Of a DNA stretch of 32,000 nucleotides, positions 16,411 through 24,363 are shown in pieces. The stretch comes from Methanopyrus kandleri AV19. Lineage in GTDB: Archaea > JAADCQ01 > Methanopyri > Methanopyrales > Methanopyraceae. Under the pieces are notes generated by a model that had not been told where the DNA came from, ran no database searches, and worked only from the letters and a program-made list of their open reading frames with translations. Numbering within the stretch: position 1 is the first letter of the stretch; each line of letters starts with the position of its first letter. Location: contig NC_003551.1 of NCBI RefSeq assembly GCF_000007185.1, positions 600,001-632,000 of the forward strand, written 5' to 3'. Position numbers and translations under genes: made by a program.

Positions 16411-17307
16411 TTGGTAGGGTTCACCGAGATCGGTTTAGCGGCCGCGATGGGCGCGCTGGCCACCATAGCCGGAGCGTTCGAGGACGCCGAGTCGGACGTA
16501 GGATCCCAGTCCAACCCGAACTCGCAGGTCCAGCTGGCGCCGCAAATGATGAACTTCCACAGGTACTTCAACAAGGCGATCTCGGGAGAGCCAGTTTCCT
16601 ACATGCTGTACGGAGCGATCGCCGGTACGGTAACCTGGGTGATGATGACCAAGTTCGGGCTTCCGTTCCTCGCCGCCGCGGCGGTAGGCGTCGGTGTGAA
16701 CGCACTAATTCACATGGTGTTCGCGACCACGGCCCACCTGGGTAGAATGGCGAGCGCGGCCGAGTTCGGACACCCGATCTACCTGGACGTCGTACTCTCA
16801 CACCTCGGGCCGATCGCGGGCTTCGGAGGGATCGCGACCTTCGCGATAGTATCGCTGGCCTACATCCAGTGGGCGCTCCTGAAGCACCCGTTCCCGCTGC
16901 CATTGCTGGCCGCACTATGGGGCGTAACGGTCGGCGCGATCGGATCCTCGACGGGAGACGTGCACTACGGTGCTGAGCGTCTGTACCAGCACTACCCGTT
17001 CGGCGGCGGTGTTCCGGTAGCCGCTCACGGTAACATCACGCGGAAGGCCGAGACCGGAATCCGGAACTCGATGGACAGCGTCTACTTCTGCGCCAAGTTC
17101 GGTAACCCGCTCACGGGCCTGTGTTTCGGTCTGGTGGTGTTCTTCAGCACCTGGGCCGGCCTGTTCGGGCAGTGGGGCGCCGTGATCGCCATGGGCCTGG
17201 TCACGCTCGGGTGCCTGATCGTGAGTAACCGTGTGGAGAAGAAGGCCCGCGAGAGCTACGGTACCTACGAGGACGTCGAGATGGACGAGATCTGTGATCC
17301 GGTGTAA
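16411..17307 (+). CDS. mtrE: tetrahydromethanopterin S-methyltransferase subunit E
   Basis: 298 aa, TTG start, polytopic membrane protein: [41 protein letters not shown]... Confidence 0.95.
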   Translation: MVGFTEIGLAAAMGALATIAGAFEDAESDVGSQSNPNSQVQLAPQMMNFHRYFNKAISGEPVSYMLYGAIAGTVTWVMMTKFGLPFLAAAAVGVGVNALIHMVFATTAHLGRMASAAEFGHPIYLDVVLSHLGPIAGFGGIATFAIVSLAYIQWALLKHPFPLPLLAALWGVTVGAIGSSTGDVHYGAERLYQHYPFGGGVPVAAHGNITRKAETGIRNSMDSVYFCAKFGNPLTGLCFGLVVFFSTWAGLFGQWGAVIAMGLVTLGCLIVSNRVEKKARESYGTYEDVEMDEICDPV

Positions 17308-17320
17308 GGGGGACCCCGCG

Positions 17321-18100
17321 TTGGGTGAGTCCGCCAAGCTGAACGCCCGAGGGTTCGGGATCGCCCTGTCCCTGATCGCCGTGGCGACGATCCTGGCGAC
17401 CTTCGGACACTTCTGGACGTCCGTGGACAAGCTGATCGCGGTGCTGGTACTGATCACGCTCGGTAGTATCATGGTGAACGTCGGTGTACACTACGTGCCG
17501 GTGGGAGGCGCTCCGGCCGCGATGGCGACGGCGACGGGAGTGGGTACAGGTACCACCCAGCTGGCGGCGGGATCCGGACTGACCGGACTTATCACGGCGG
17601 CGGCCATGAGCCAGAAGCCGTTCCTCGTGATCCTGTGGAACGGTGCCCTCGGAGCCGCTACAATGATGGCCATCACCATGCTGGTGGGTAACTTCATCTA
17701 CGTCTACGGTGTCGGTTGTCCACCGTGCTCCGCTAAGGTCGACAAGGACCCGATCACCGGCTGGGACCAGGAGGCGTACGTCACGCCCGGTACGGAGGGT
17801 CACGGAATCCCGACGGTCAGCTTCGTGAGCGGGATCCTCGGAGGACTGCTCGGAGGTTCCGGCGGTGCGATGGTGTACTACGCGCTCTACAAGGTGCTCG
17901 GAATGAGCGCGGCGCTGGCCGGGATACTGGCCATGGGCTTCTTCTACGCGAACGCGGTGCTGGCGTCGTACAACATCGGAGGTACGATCGAGGGTTACCA
18001 CGATCCGAAGTTCACGAGGCTACCGAAGGCGGTAGTATGCTCCCTAGTATTCGGTATAGTAGCGTCCGTGATCGCGTATTACCTCTCGACCCTCATGTAA
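17321..18100 (+). CDS. mtrD: tetrahydromethanopterin S-methyltransferase subunit D
   Basis: TTG 17321 (L31 of the tracked ORF) follows [33 protein letters not shown]...[11 protein letters not shown]... The N-terminus carries one extra predicted TM helix compared with the MtrD sequences I recall. An alternative GTG at 17441 lacks a Shine-Dalgarno sequence. Confidence 0.88.
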   Translation: MGESAKLNARGFGIALSLIAVATILATFGHFWTSVDKLIAVLVLITLGSIMVNVGVHYVPVGGAPAAMATATGVGTGTTQLAAGSGLTGLITAAAMSQKPFLVILWNGALGAATMMAITMLVGNFIYVYGVGCPPCSAKVDKDPITGWDQEAYVTPGTEGHGIPTVSFVSGILGGLLGGSGGAMVYYALYKVLGMSAALAGILAMGFFYANAVLASYNIGGTIEGYHDPKFTRLPKAVVCSLVFGIVASVIAYYLSTLM

Positions 18101-18119
18101 CGGGGGAGTGTGAGGAACC

Positions 18120-18932
18120 TTGATCCTGCGTACACTCCTGATCTCCGCCGTAGCACCGGGTGGCGAGGAGGAAGAGGTAGAGGTCGCCGTAGCGATCTCG
18201 CCCTTGAAACTGATGACGGCCGGCCTGATCTGCGGAATACTCGGTACCGCTTTCGCCTGGGTTCACCCGTTGATCCCGGCGTTGGCAGTGATTCCGGTAG
18301 TGGTCTGGGGTGCCGACGCGGTTAGGAGGGTCGCGGGCTACGGACTGGGTACCGGAGTGCCTTCCATCGGTTTCATGGGACTCGGTGGCGGATCCGTCGC
18401 CGCGATCCTGGCGGCGGCGCTGTCCGGTAACACCGTGCCCGCATGGGCGGCGGCCATCATCGGAACAGTCATCGGCGCCGTCGTCGGGGCGCTGCTCGGC
18501 GTCCTGGACCGCCGCGTGATCAAGATGAAGATCCCGGTGATGGAGCGCTGCAGCACCGAGATCGTGGCGTCCGGAACGCTGGCGCTGATCTGTCTCATGG
18601 CAGCCGTCGCCGGCGACTTCACGTGGTCCGCGGTGTACTCCAAGGTGATCGCGACGGGTCTCATCGCCGTCCTCTGGGCGATCTGCGCGATCTCGCTGCT
18701 GCACCCGTTCAACGCGTGCCTCGGACCCAGTGAGACGCAGGAGCGGACGCTGTGGCTGGGCGCGGAGTGCGGCTCGCTCTGCACGGTCGTGGCGGGACTA
18801 GCGACGGCCAACCCGGTGGTACTACTGGCCGGTGCGGCCGCTTGGCTGATCACCTTCTGGAAGTTCTGGGAGCTGACGAAGCGCGACGCCGCGGACGTAG
18901 TGTGGACTGGAATCGTGCCCAAGGGTGAGTAA
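18120..18932 (+). CDS. mtrC: tetrahydromethanopterin S-methyltransferase subunit C
   Basis: 270 aa with a TTG start after GGGGGAGTGTGAGG. Polytopic membrane protein at the mtrC position. Confidence 0.9.
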   Translation: MILRTLLISAVAPGGEEEEVEVAVAISPLKLMTAGLICGILGTAFAWVHPLIPALAVIPVVVWGADAVRRVAGYGLGTGVPSIGFMGLGGGSVAAILAAALSGNTVPAWAAAIIGTVIGAVVGALLGVLDRRVIKMKIPVMERCSTEIVASGTLALICLMAAVAGDFTWSAVYSKVIATGLIAVLWAICAISLLHPFNACLGPSETQERTLWLGAECGSLCTVVAGLATANPVVLLAGAAAWLITFWKFWELTKRDAADVVWTGIVPKGE

Positions 18933-18945
18933 GGGGTGAACGACC

Positions 18946-19284
18946 TTGGCGATCGTGCTCATCGACCCGGAGAGCCAGATCGCGATGGACGCCGTGACCG
19001 GAGCCGTGGCGGAGTGGAGCGAGGACGTGGTGACGCTGGACGTCATGCCGCTGTACGAGAAGGTCGAGGAGCTCGAGCAGTACGTGAACGACATGATGCG
19101 CGCCATGGACCCGTCCACTACGACCTGGGGTACGCTGCCCGGTCGTGAGGGCGTACACGAGACGGCCGGCTTCCTGACCAACTTCGCCCACGGTTTCGTC
19201 ATAGGTACGATGATAGTGGCGCTCGTAGCCTTCACCCTCGCGGCCGTGTACAAGCTCCACGCCCTGCGCCTTCTCGGCCTCTAA
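18946..19284 (+). CDS. mtrB: tetrahydromethanopterin S-methyltransferase subunit B
   Basis: 112 aa with a TTG start after AAGGGGTG. MAIVLIDPE...LYEKVEELEQYVNDMM...PGREG...FAHGFVIGTMIVAL, with a C-terminal TM anchor. Confidence 0.92.
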   Translation: MAIVLIDPESQIAMDAVTGAVAEWSEDVVTLDVMPLYEKVEELEQYVNDMMRAMDPSTTTWGTLPGREGVHETAGFLTNFAHGFVIGTMIVALVAFTLAAVYKLHALRLLGL

Positions 19285-19298
19285 TCCCTTCGTAGGGG

Positions 19299-20057
19299 GT
19301 GCTTGAGGTGCCCGAGAAAGCCGAACCGGCCGAGGGCTGGCCCGTGGTCGAGGGAGACTACGTCGTAGGTGATCCCGAGGCTCCCGTCCACGTGGTCACG
19401 CTCGGATCCCACATCGAGGAGGACATCCTGAAGGCCGCCGGTGAGGACAAGGTAGCCATCGCCGGCCCCTGTAAGACCGAGAACATCGGAATCGAGAAGG
19501 TCATAGCCAACGTCATCGCCAACCCGAACATCAGGTTCGGCGTGCTCTGCGGTGCGGAGGTAACCGGTCACCTCACGGGTCAGTGCTTCAAGGCCATGTA
19601 CGAGAACGGTGTCGATCCGGACTCCGGAGAGATCATCGGGGCGGAGGGCGCCATCCCGTACCTGGAGAACATCCCGGAAGAGGCCGTTGAGCGCTACCGG
19701 GACCAGATCGTGGAGCTCGTCGACCTCATCGACGTCGAGGACGTCGACGAGATCGTCAAGGCGATCGAGGAGTGCGTGGAGAAGGACCCCGGAGCGTACG
19801 AGGAAGGTCCGATGACCATCTCCCTCGAGGAGGAAGAAGAGGAGGAACTCGCGGAAGTCGCCGGAATGCCGGTGTCCGCGGAGACCGTGACCGTGGAGTA
19901 CCGCATTAACGACGTGCGAGTCGGAGTTAAGAGCATCGGCGCCATGCAGAGATACATGGCGGGCTACCTCTCAGGACGCACGATGGGATTGCTGATAGGG
20001 ATCATCTCAGGTATGATCTTCCTGTTCCTGCCAATGGTCGTCCTGGGTGGCGTCTGA
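19299..20057 (+). CDS. mtrA: tetrahydromethanopterin S-methyltransferase subunit A (corrinoid-binding)
   Basis: 252 aa: AEGWPVVEGDYVVGDPEAPV...IAGPCKTENIGIEKVIANVIANPNIRFGVLCGAEVTGHLTGQ...GAIPYLENIP... It has an acidic linker and a C-terminal TM anchor. The start is TTG 19299 or GTG 19305. Confidence 0.95.
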   Translation: MLEVPEKAEPAEGWPVVEGDYVVGDPEAPVHVVTLGSHIEEDILKAAGEDKVAIAGPCKTENIGIEKVIANVIANPNIRFGVLCGAEVTGHLTGQCFKAMYENGVDPDSGEIIGAEGAIPYLENIPEEAVERYRDQIVELVDLIDVEDVDEIVKAIEECVEKDPGAYEEGPMTISLEEEEEEELAEVAGMPVSAETVTVEYRINDVRVGVKSIGAMQRYMAGYLSGRTMGLLIGIISGMIFLFLPMVVLGGV

Positions 20058-20070
20058 GGGGGCAGTCACG

Positions 20071-20295
20071 TTGGCGGAAGAGGAGTCCGTTCCCAAGATG
20101 GTCGCTCCGGAAGACGACATCCGTGAAATCCACTCACGCTTGGACGAAATCGAGCGTCGCCTGGACTTCGTGTGGGGTGAAGTTTACCAGCGCTTCGGCA
20201 AGAGGATCGGTCGAGACATAGGGATCCTTTACGGTCTGGTGATCGGGCTGTACCTGTGTATGCTTTACATCCTGCTGGGAGTAGCGTTCAGGTGA
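20071..20295 (+). CDS. mtrG: tetrahydromethanopterin S-methyltransferase subunit G
   Basis: TTG 20071 (L9 of tracked ORF 20047..20295) follows TGAGGGGGCAG. The 74-aa product is MAEEESVPKMVAPEDDIREIHSRLDEIERRLDFVWGEVYQRFGKRIGRDIGILYGLVIGL... Confidence 0.9.
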   Translation: MAEEESVPKMVAPEDDIREIHSRLDEIERRLDFVWGEVYQRFGKRIGRDIGILYGLVIGLYLCMLYILLGVAFR

Positions 20296-20317
20296 CAACC
20301 TTGGGGGTGTTGGACCG

Positions 20318-21286
20318 TTGTTCTACTACCCGGGTAAGGAGCAGAAGGTGTGCGACATCTGCGGTGTGAAGGTCGGTGGCCAGCCCGGTGAGTACCCGAC
20401 CGTGCTAGCCGGTACCATCTTCTATGCCGGACACAAGATCGTGAAGGACGAGGACAAGGGGATCTTCGACGAGGAGGCCGCCGAGGAGCTCATCAAGATG
20501 GAGGAGGAACTCGCCGACGAGACCGGTAACCCGATGATGGCCCACATCATGGGTGAGTCAGAAGAGGCCATCATCCGCTACCTCGACTGGGTAGCCGACG
20601 TTACCGACGCACCCATCATCGTGGACTCCACCGAAGCCGAGGTCAAGGTCGCGGCGGTAAAGCACGCTCAGGAGGTCGGCCTCGCCGAGCGGGTGGTCTA
20701 CAACTCGATCAACGCCTCCGTCGAGGACGAGGAGATCCAGGCCATCAAGGAGTCCGACTGCAACTCGGCGATCGTCCTGGCCTTCAACCCGATGGACGCT
20801 TCCGTCGAGGGCCGTATGAAAATCCTCACCGAGGGCGAGGAGGGAGTATCCGAGAAGGGCATGCTGGAGATCTCCGACGAGTGTGGCATCGAGAACCCGC
20901 TGATCGACACAGCCTACACGCCGTTCGGCTCCGGTGCGGGTACCGCTTACAAGGTGACGCTCGCGGTGAAGGCCAAGCTGGGCCTGCCGGTGGGCGGTGC
21001 GCCCCACAACGTGCCGTCCGCTTGGGACTGGCTACGTGACTTCATGAAGAAGCTCAAGGAGGAAGGCAAGGAAGAGTGGGCCGAGCTAGCCCACGAGTCC
21101 TCCGACTGGGGCTCCAACGTAGTGGCGGCGACGCTGTGCTGCGACTACCTGCTGTTCGGTCCGATCGAGAACGCGCCGGCGATCTGGCCGGTCGTCGCCA
21201 TGGTCGACGCGCTGATCGTCGAGGCCAACGAGGACGTCGGCGTCGAGCCGCAGGTGGAGGAGCACCCGGCCAACATCGTCCGCTAA
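20318..21286 (+). CDS. mtrH: tetrahydromethanopterin S-methyltransferase subunit H
   Basis: 322 aa with a TTG start after CTTGGGGGTG. KVGGQPGEYPTVLAGTIFY...APIIVDSTEAEV...VVYNSINAS... Confidence 0.95.
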   Translation: MFYYPGKEQKVCDICGVKVGGQPGEYPTVLAGTIFYAGHKIVKDEDKGIFDEEAAEELIKMEEELADETGNPMMAHIMGESEEAIIRYLDWVADVTDAPIIVDSTEAEVKVAAVKHAQEVGLAERVVYNSINASVEDEEIQAIKESDCNSAIVLAFNPMDASVEGRMKILTEGEEGVSEKGMLEISDECGIENPLIDTAYTPFGSGAGTAYKVTLAVKAKLGLPVGGAPHNVPSAWDWLRDFMKKLKEEGKEEWAELAHESSDWGSNVVAATLCCDYLLFGPIENAPAIWPVVAMVDALIVEANEDVGVEPQVEEHPANIVR

Positions 21287-22561
21287 CGCCACAGACCCCG
21301 TTTTTTTCGCTTCCAACAGTCTCTCCCGGGCGTACTCGACCGCGTACGGATTCTCGTCCGAGAACCTCGGACCGTACCGCTCCAGAACATCCTCGATTTT
21401 CTCGTAACACTCGCTCGGGACGCGACCCGTGGTCGCATCCCAGCCGAACAGATTTTCCACGCGCTTAAGCCACTCGCCCACGCCCTTGGCCCCGTGCTCC
21501 AGCATGGCCTCGATCCACTCGTCGTTCGCCAGCTTCTGCTCCACGAGCCGCACCAGCTCCTCCTCGATGGGTCTCGTGATCACCCTATGCGGGTCCGTCG
21601 TGTCGTGGTGGTAGCACTCCACACGCTCGCCCGAGTGGTGCTCGGCGGCCGCCACCATCCCCCCGTGGAACGCGAAATGGCAGCAGCAGCTCAGCACATC
21701 CCACTCGTGCGAGGACTGGTTGACGGAGACGGCCCTCACGGTCGAGAGCGCCCGTCGGAACTCGGAGAAGGCCTCCTCACCGTACACGTCACTGCCGTAG
21801 GCGTACCCACCCCACCGCACGTACACGTCCGCGAGATCGGATCTGTCGTCCCATGCGGAGGCGTGTACGGCGTAGTTCACCCCGGCCCCGTACGCTCCCG
21901 GTGGATCCCCGAAGATGCGATGGTCGAGGGCGTGCTTCCTGACGAAGTTCCACCCTTCCGGTTCGTCCAACTCCCTCACGGCCTCGAATACCTCGTCGAG
22001 GAACTTCACCAGGTTCGGGAACGCATCACGAAACATTCCGCTTATCCTCACCACCACGTCGATCCGGGGCCGTTCCAGCTCCTCCAACGGCACTACCTCG
22101 AAGCCGCTCACGATACCGGATTCGTCCCACTCGGGTCTCACGCCCAGGAGCCACATCACCTGGGATAGAACCTCTCCGCCGGTTCGCATCACGTCCGACG
22201 CCCACAGCACGATACCGACGGACTCCGGGTAGCGTCCGTGCTCCTCCAGGTACCTCTCGATGGTGTTCTCGGCCAACTTCTTCCCGACCTTCCATGCCCT
22301 GCGGGTCGGGACCTTCCGCGGGTCTACGGAGTAGAAGTTCTTCCCCGTGGGAAGGACGTCGACGTCCCCACGGGTCGGGTTACCGGCCGGTCCAGGCTCG
22401 ACGTAGCATCCGTCCAGGGCCTCCAGCGTACGGTCGATCTCCCGTTCGCACGCGAGTAACCGACTCAACACACTCCGCACGAACTCCTTCGCCTCGTCGG
22501 GGACGTGTTTCCGGAGCTCCTCTTCGAGCTCCAACCTCGGCACCCCGGGCGTTGGTAGCAC
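21086..22561 (-). CDS. CobN/Mg-chelatase family protein, C-terminal half (the last ~66 codons are antisense mtrH and probably arise from a frameshift)
   Basis: GTG start. LDGCYVEPGPAGNPTRGDVDVLPTGKNFYSVDPRKVPT, VLWASDVMRTGGE, RPRIDVVVRISGMFRDAFPN, HHDTTDP. The conserved part ends at ...RERLLEAKK (about 21302), and the alternative frame gives RGLWR plus TAG at 21285-21283. Confidence 0.85.
   Translation of the reverse strand: MLPTPGVPRLELEEELRKHVPDEAKEFVRSVLSRLLACEREIDRTLEALDGCYVEPGPAGNPTRGDVDVLPTGKNFYSVDPRKVPTRRAWKVGKKLAENTIERYLEEHGRYPESVGIVLWASDVMRTGGEVLSQVMWLLGVRPEWDESGIVSGFEVVPLEELERPRIDVVVRISGMFRDAFPNLVKFLDEVFEAVRELDEPEGWNFVRKHALDHRIFGDPPGAYGAGVNYAVHASAWDDRSDLADVYVRWGGYAYGSDVYGEEAFSEFRRALSTVRAVSVNQSSHEWDVLSCCCHFAFHGGMVAAAEHHSGERVECYHHDTTDPHRVITRPIEEELVRLVEQKLANDEWIEAMLEHGAKGVGEWLKRVENLFGWDATTGRVPSECYEKIEDVLERYGPRFSDENPYAVEYARERLLEAKKTGSVALADDVGRVLLHLRLDADVLVGLDDQRVDHGDDRPDRRRVLDRTEQQVVAAQRRRHYVGAPVGGLVG
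21301..21307 (+). terminator. oligo-T (T7) tract 15 nt after the mtrH stop; likely mtr operon terminator
   Basis: CCCCGTTTTTTTCGC. Oligo-T tracts are the usual archaeal termination signal. On the minus strand the same run is an A7 inside the cobN C-half reading frame. Confidence 0.55.
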
Positions 22562-22606
22562 GAAAGCGATTCAAGGTAATACAGAATAAGTGTTCGGGGA
22601 TCACCG
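22562..22606. promoter_or_regulatory. 45-bp divergent spacer between the two cobN halves (putative bidirectional promoter)
   Basis: GAAAGCGATTCAAGGTAATACAGAATAAGTGTTCGGGGATCACCG has an AT-rich centre. GGGGA precedes TTG 22607, and no Shine-Dalgarno sequence is obvious for GTG 22561. Confidence 0.4.
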
Positions 22607-24328
22607 TTGCGAGTCCTGTGCGTATGCTCCGGCACGATGTTGAAAGCCGCCCGAGACGTCGCGGAGCGGTTCTCCGAGCTGAAAATCGACGTAGCTTACC
22701 AGGACGATCCGATCGACCCGAATCGGTACGACCTCATCGTGCTACTGAAGGTAACGAACGTGAACCTTCCGACGGATCACGACGCCGAGGTCGTCGCCGT
22801 GCCCCTCGACGGTTCCACCGGGATACAGCATCTGAACACTGCCCCGTCGAGCGTCGTCGAGCGGGCCGCGGAGTACCTGGAGAAGGGCGGGAAGGAAAAC
22901 CTCGAGAATGAGCGCGGGTTCGAGTCGTTCGAGAAGCTCGGTGTACCCGTCCTGAACGCCGTGGTGTCGTGGTACACCGACCGGGACGGGTGGCGGGAGT
23001 CCGAGGGAGGGCTCTCACCGGCCGACGTGGCGTACGGAATATCCCTGGCGGAGCTCCAGGGTAGGATCGATCCGGTGCTGGTCGGGACCAAGCGCGATCG
23101 TGGAGAGTTCGAGCCCTTACCCGAGCGGTGCCGGCTCGCCGCACGACGTGCCATCCGGTGGGCTCGACTCAGGCGCAAGGACCCCGCCGAGCGTCGCGTC
23201 GCCGTGGTGCTCAACAACGGGATATGCTCCGGAGGGGAGGCGAGGATCGGTGCTGCTATGGGACTGGACACGTTCGAGAGTCTCGCTCGACTGCTGCAGC
23301 ACATGGCCGAGGAGGGGTACCGGCTCGACTGGGTACCCAGGGACGGTCGGGAGCTGGAGCGCGAGTTCTTCCGGAGGAAGGCCTTCGACGAGTTCAAGCG
23401 CACGCGCGTGGAGGATATCGTCGCGTCCGGTGGGGCCGTGGACCTCGTTCCCCTCGATAGGTACCTCGAGTGGTTCGAGGAGCTCCCGGAGGAGCTCCAG
23501 GAGCGTATGGTCGAGACCTGGGGTGAACCTCCGGGCGACTCCATGGTGCTCGACGACCACCTAGTCATCGCCGGGATCCGAACGGGGAACGTGTTCCTGA
23601 CCGTTCAGCCGAAGCGCGGCTGCGCCGGTACCGAGTGCAACGGGGACGTCTGCAAGATCCTTCACGATCCACACTGCCCGCCGACGCACCATTACTACGC
23701 GTTCTACCGGTGGATCAGGGACGAGTTCCGGGCCGACGTGTTACTCCACGCCGGCACCCACGGGACCCTCGAGTGGTTGCCGGGGAAGTCCGTGGGACTG
23801 TCCCGAGAGTGTTGGCCCGAGGTGTGCTTGGGCGACCTGCCGGTAGTGTACTGGTACATCGTGAGCAATCCCTCGGAGGGAGTCCAGGCCAAACGCCGCG
23901 GGTACTCGACGCTAGTGGATCACTGCCCGCCCCCGATGGGGACTACCGAGGCCGGCCTAGAGGAGCTCGAGGAGCGGCTCGAAGAGGCGCTGCGCGACCC
24001 GGATCGCGAGGACCGGCGGCTCTTCGAGGAATGGGAGGTCCGCTCGGGGGCCTTCATCGAAAAGGGCTTACACGTGATCGGCGAACCCGCGTACGACCCG
24101 GAGCGTCTCTCGGAGTTCCTGTTCGCTCTCTGTAGGAACCGACTCCGAGAGCTGATCGCGGAGTCGGCTGGGCTGGATCTGGAGGAGCTGACCGAGCGTC
24201 CCGAGGCGGAGAACGACCTGTTCGGCGCCACGAACGCCGAGGTGCTGAGAGCCCTCGATGCGGTGATCCGAGGACTGTGTGAGGAGACCGTCTCGGAGGC
24301 ACACCACGGACCCGACCGAAAAGGATAA
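22607..24328 (+). CDS. CobN/Mg-chelatase family protein, N-terminal/middle half
   Basis: 573 aa with a TTG start. LGVPVLNAV, RVAVVLNNG...ARIGAAMGLDT, GNVFLTVQPKRG, DPHCPPTHHYYAFYRWI, HAGTHGTLEWLPGK, GDLPVVYWYIVSNPSEGVQAKRRGYSTLVDHCPPPM. Confidence 0.88.
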   Translation: MRVLCVCSGTMLKAARDVAERFSELKIDVAYQDDPIDPNRYDLIVLLKVTNVNLPTDHDAEVVAVPLDGSTGIQHLNTAPSSVVERAAEYLEKGGKENLENERGFESFEKLGVPVLNAVVSWYTDRDGWRESEGGLSPADVAYGISLAELQGRIDPVLVGTKRDRGEFEPLPERCRLAARRAIRWARLRRKDPAERRVAVVLNNGICSGGEARIGAAMGLDTFESLARLLQHMAEEGYRLDWVPRDGRELEREFFRRKAFDEFKRTRVEDIVASGGAVDLVPLDRYLEWFEELPEELQERMVETWGEPPGDSMVLDDHLVIAGIRTGNVFLTVQPKRGCAGTECNGDVCKILHDPHCPPTHHYYAFYRWIRDEFRADVLLHAGTHGTLEWLPGKSVGLSRECWPEVCLGDLPVVYWYIVSNPSEGVQAKRRGYSTLVDHCPPPMGTTEAGLEELEERLEEALRDPDREDRRLFEEWEVRSGAFIEKGLHVIGEPAYDPERLSEFLFALCRNRLRELIAESAGLDLEELTERPEAENDLFGATNAEVLRALDAVIRGLCEETVSEAHHGPDRKG

Positions 24329-24363
24329 CCTCCCCGGATCTCGGGACCCGCACGGGCTAACCT

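Noticed and set aside
19900-20057. Idea that the MtrA C-terminus is a fused MtrF
   Set aside because: MtrA is of normal length. By eye, its tail aligns with the native MtrA linker and TM anchor of other methanogens, so no extra module is present. I report only the absence of a separate mtrF.
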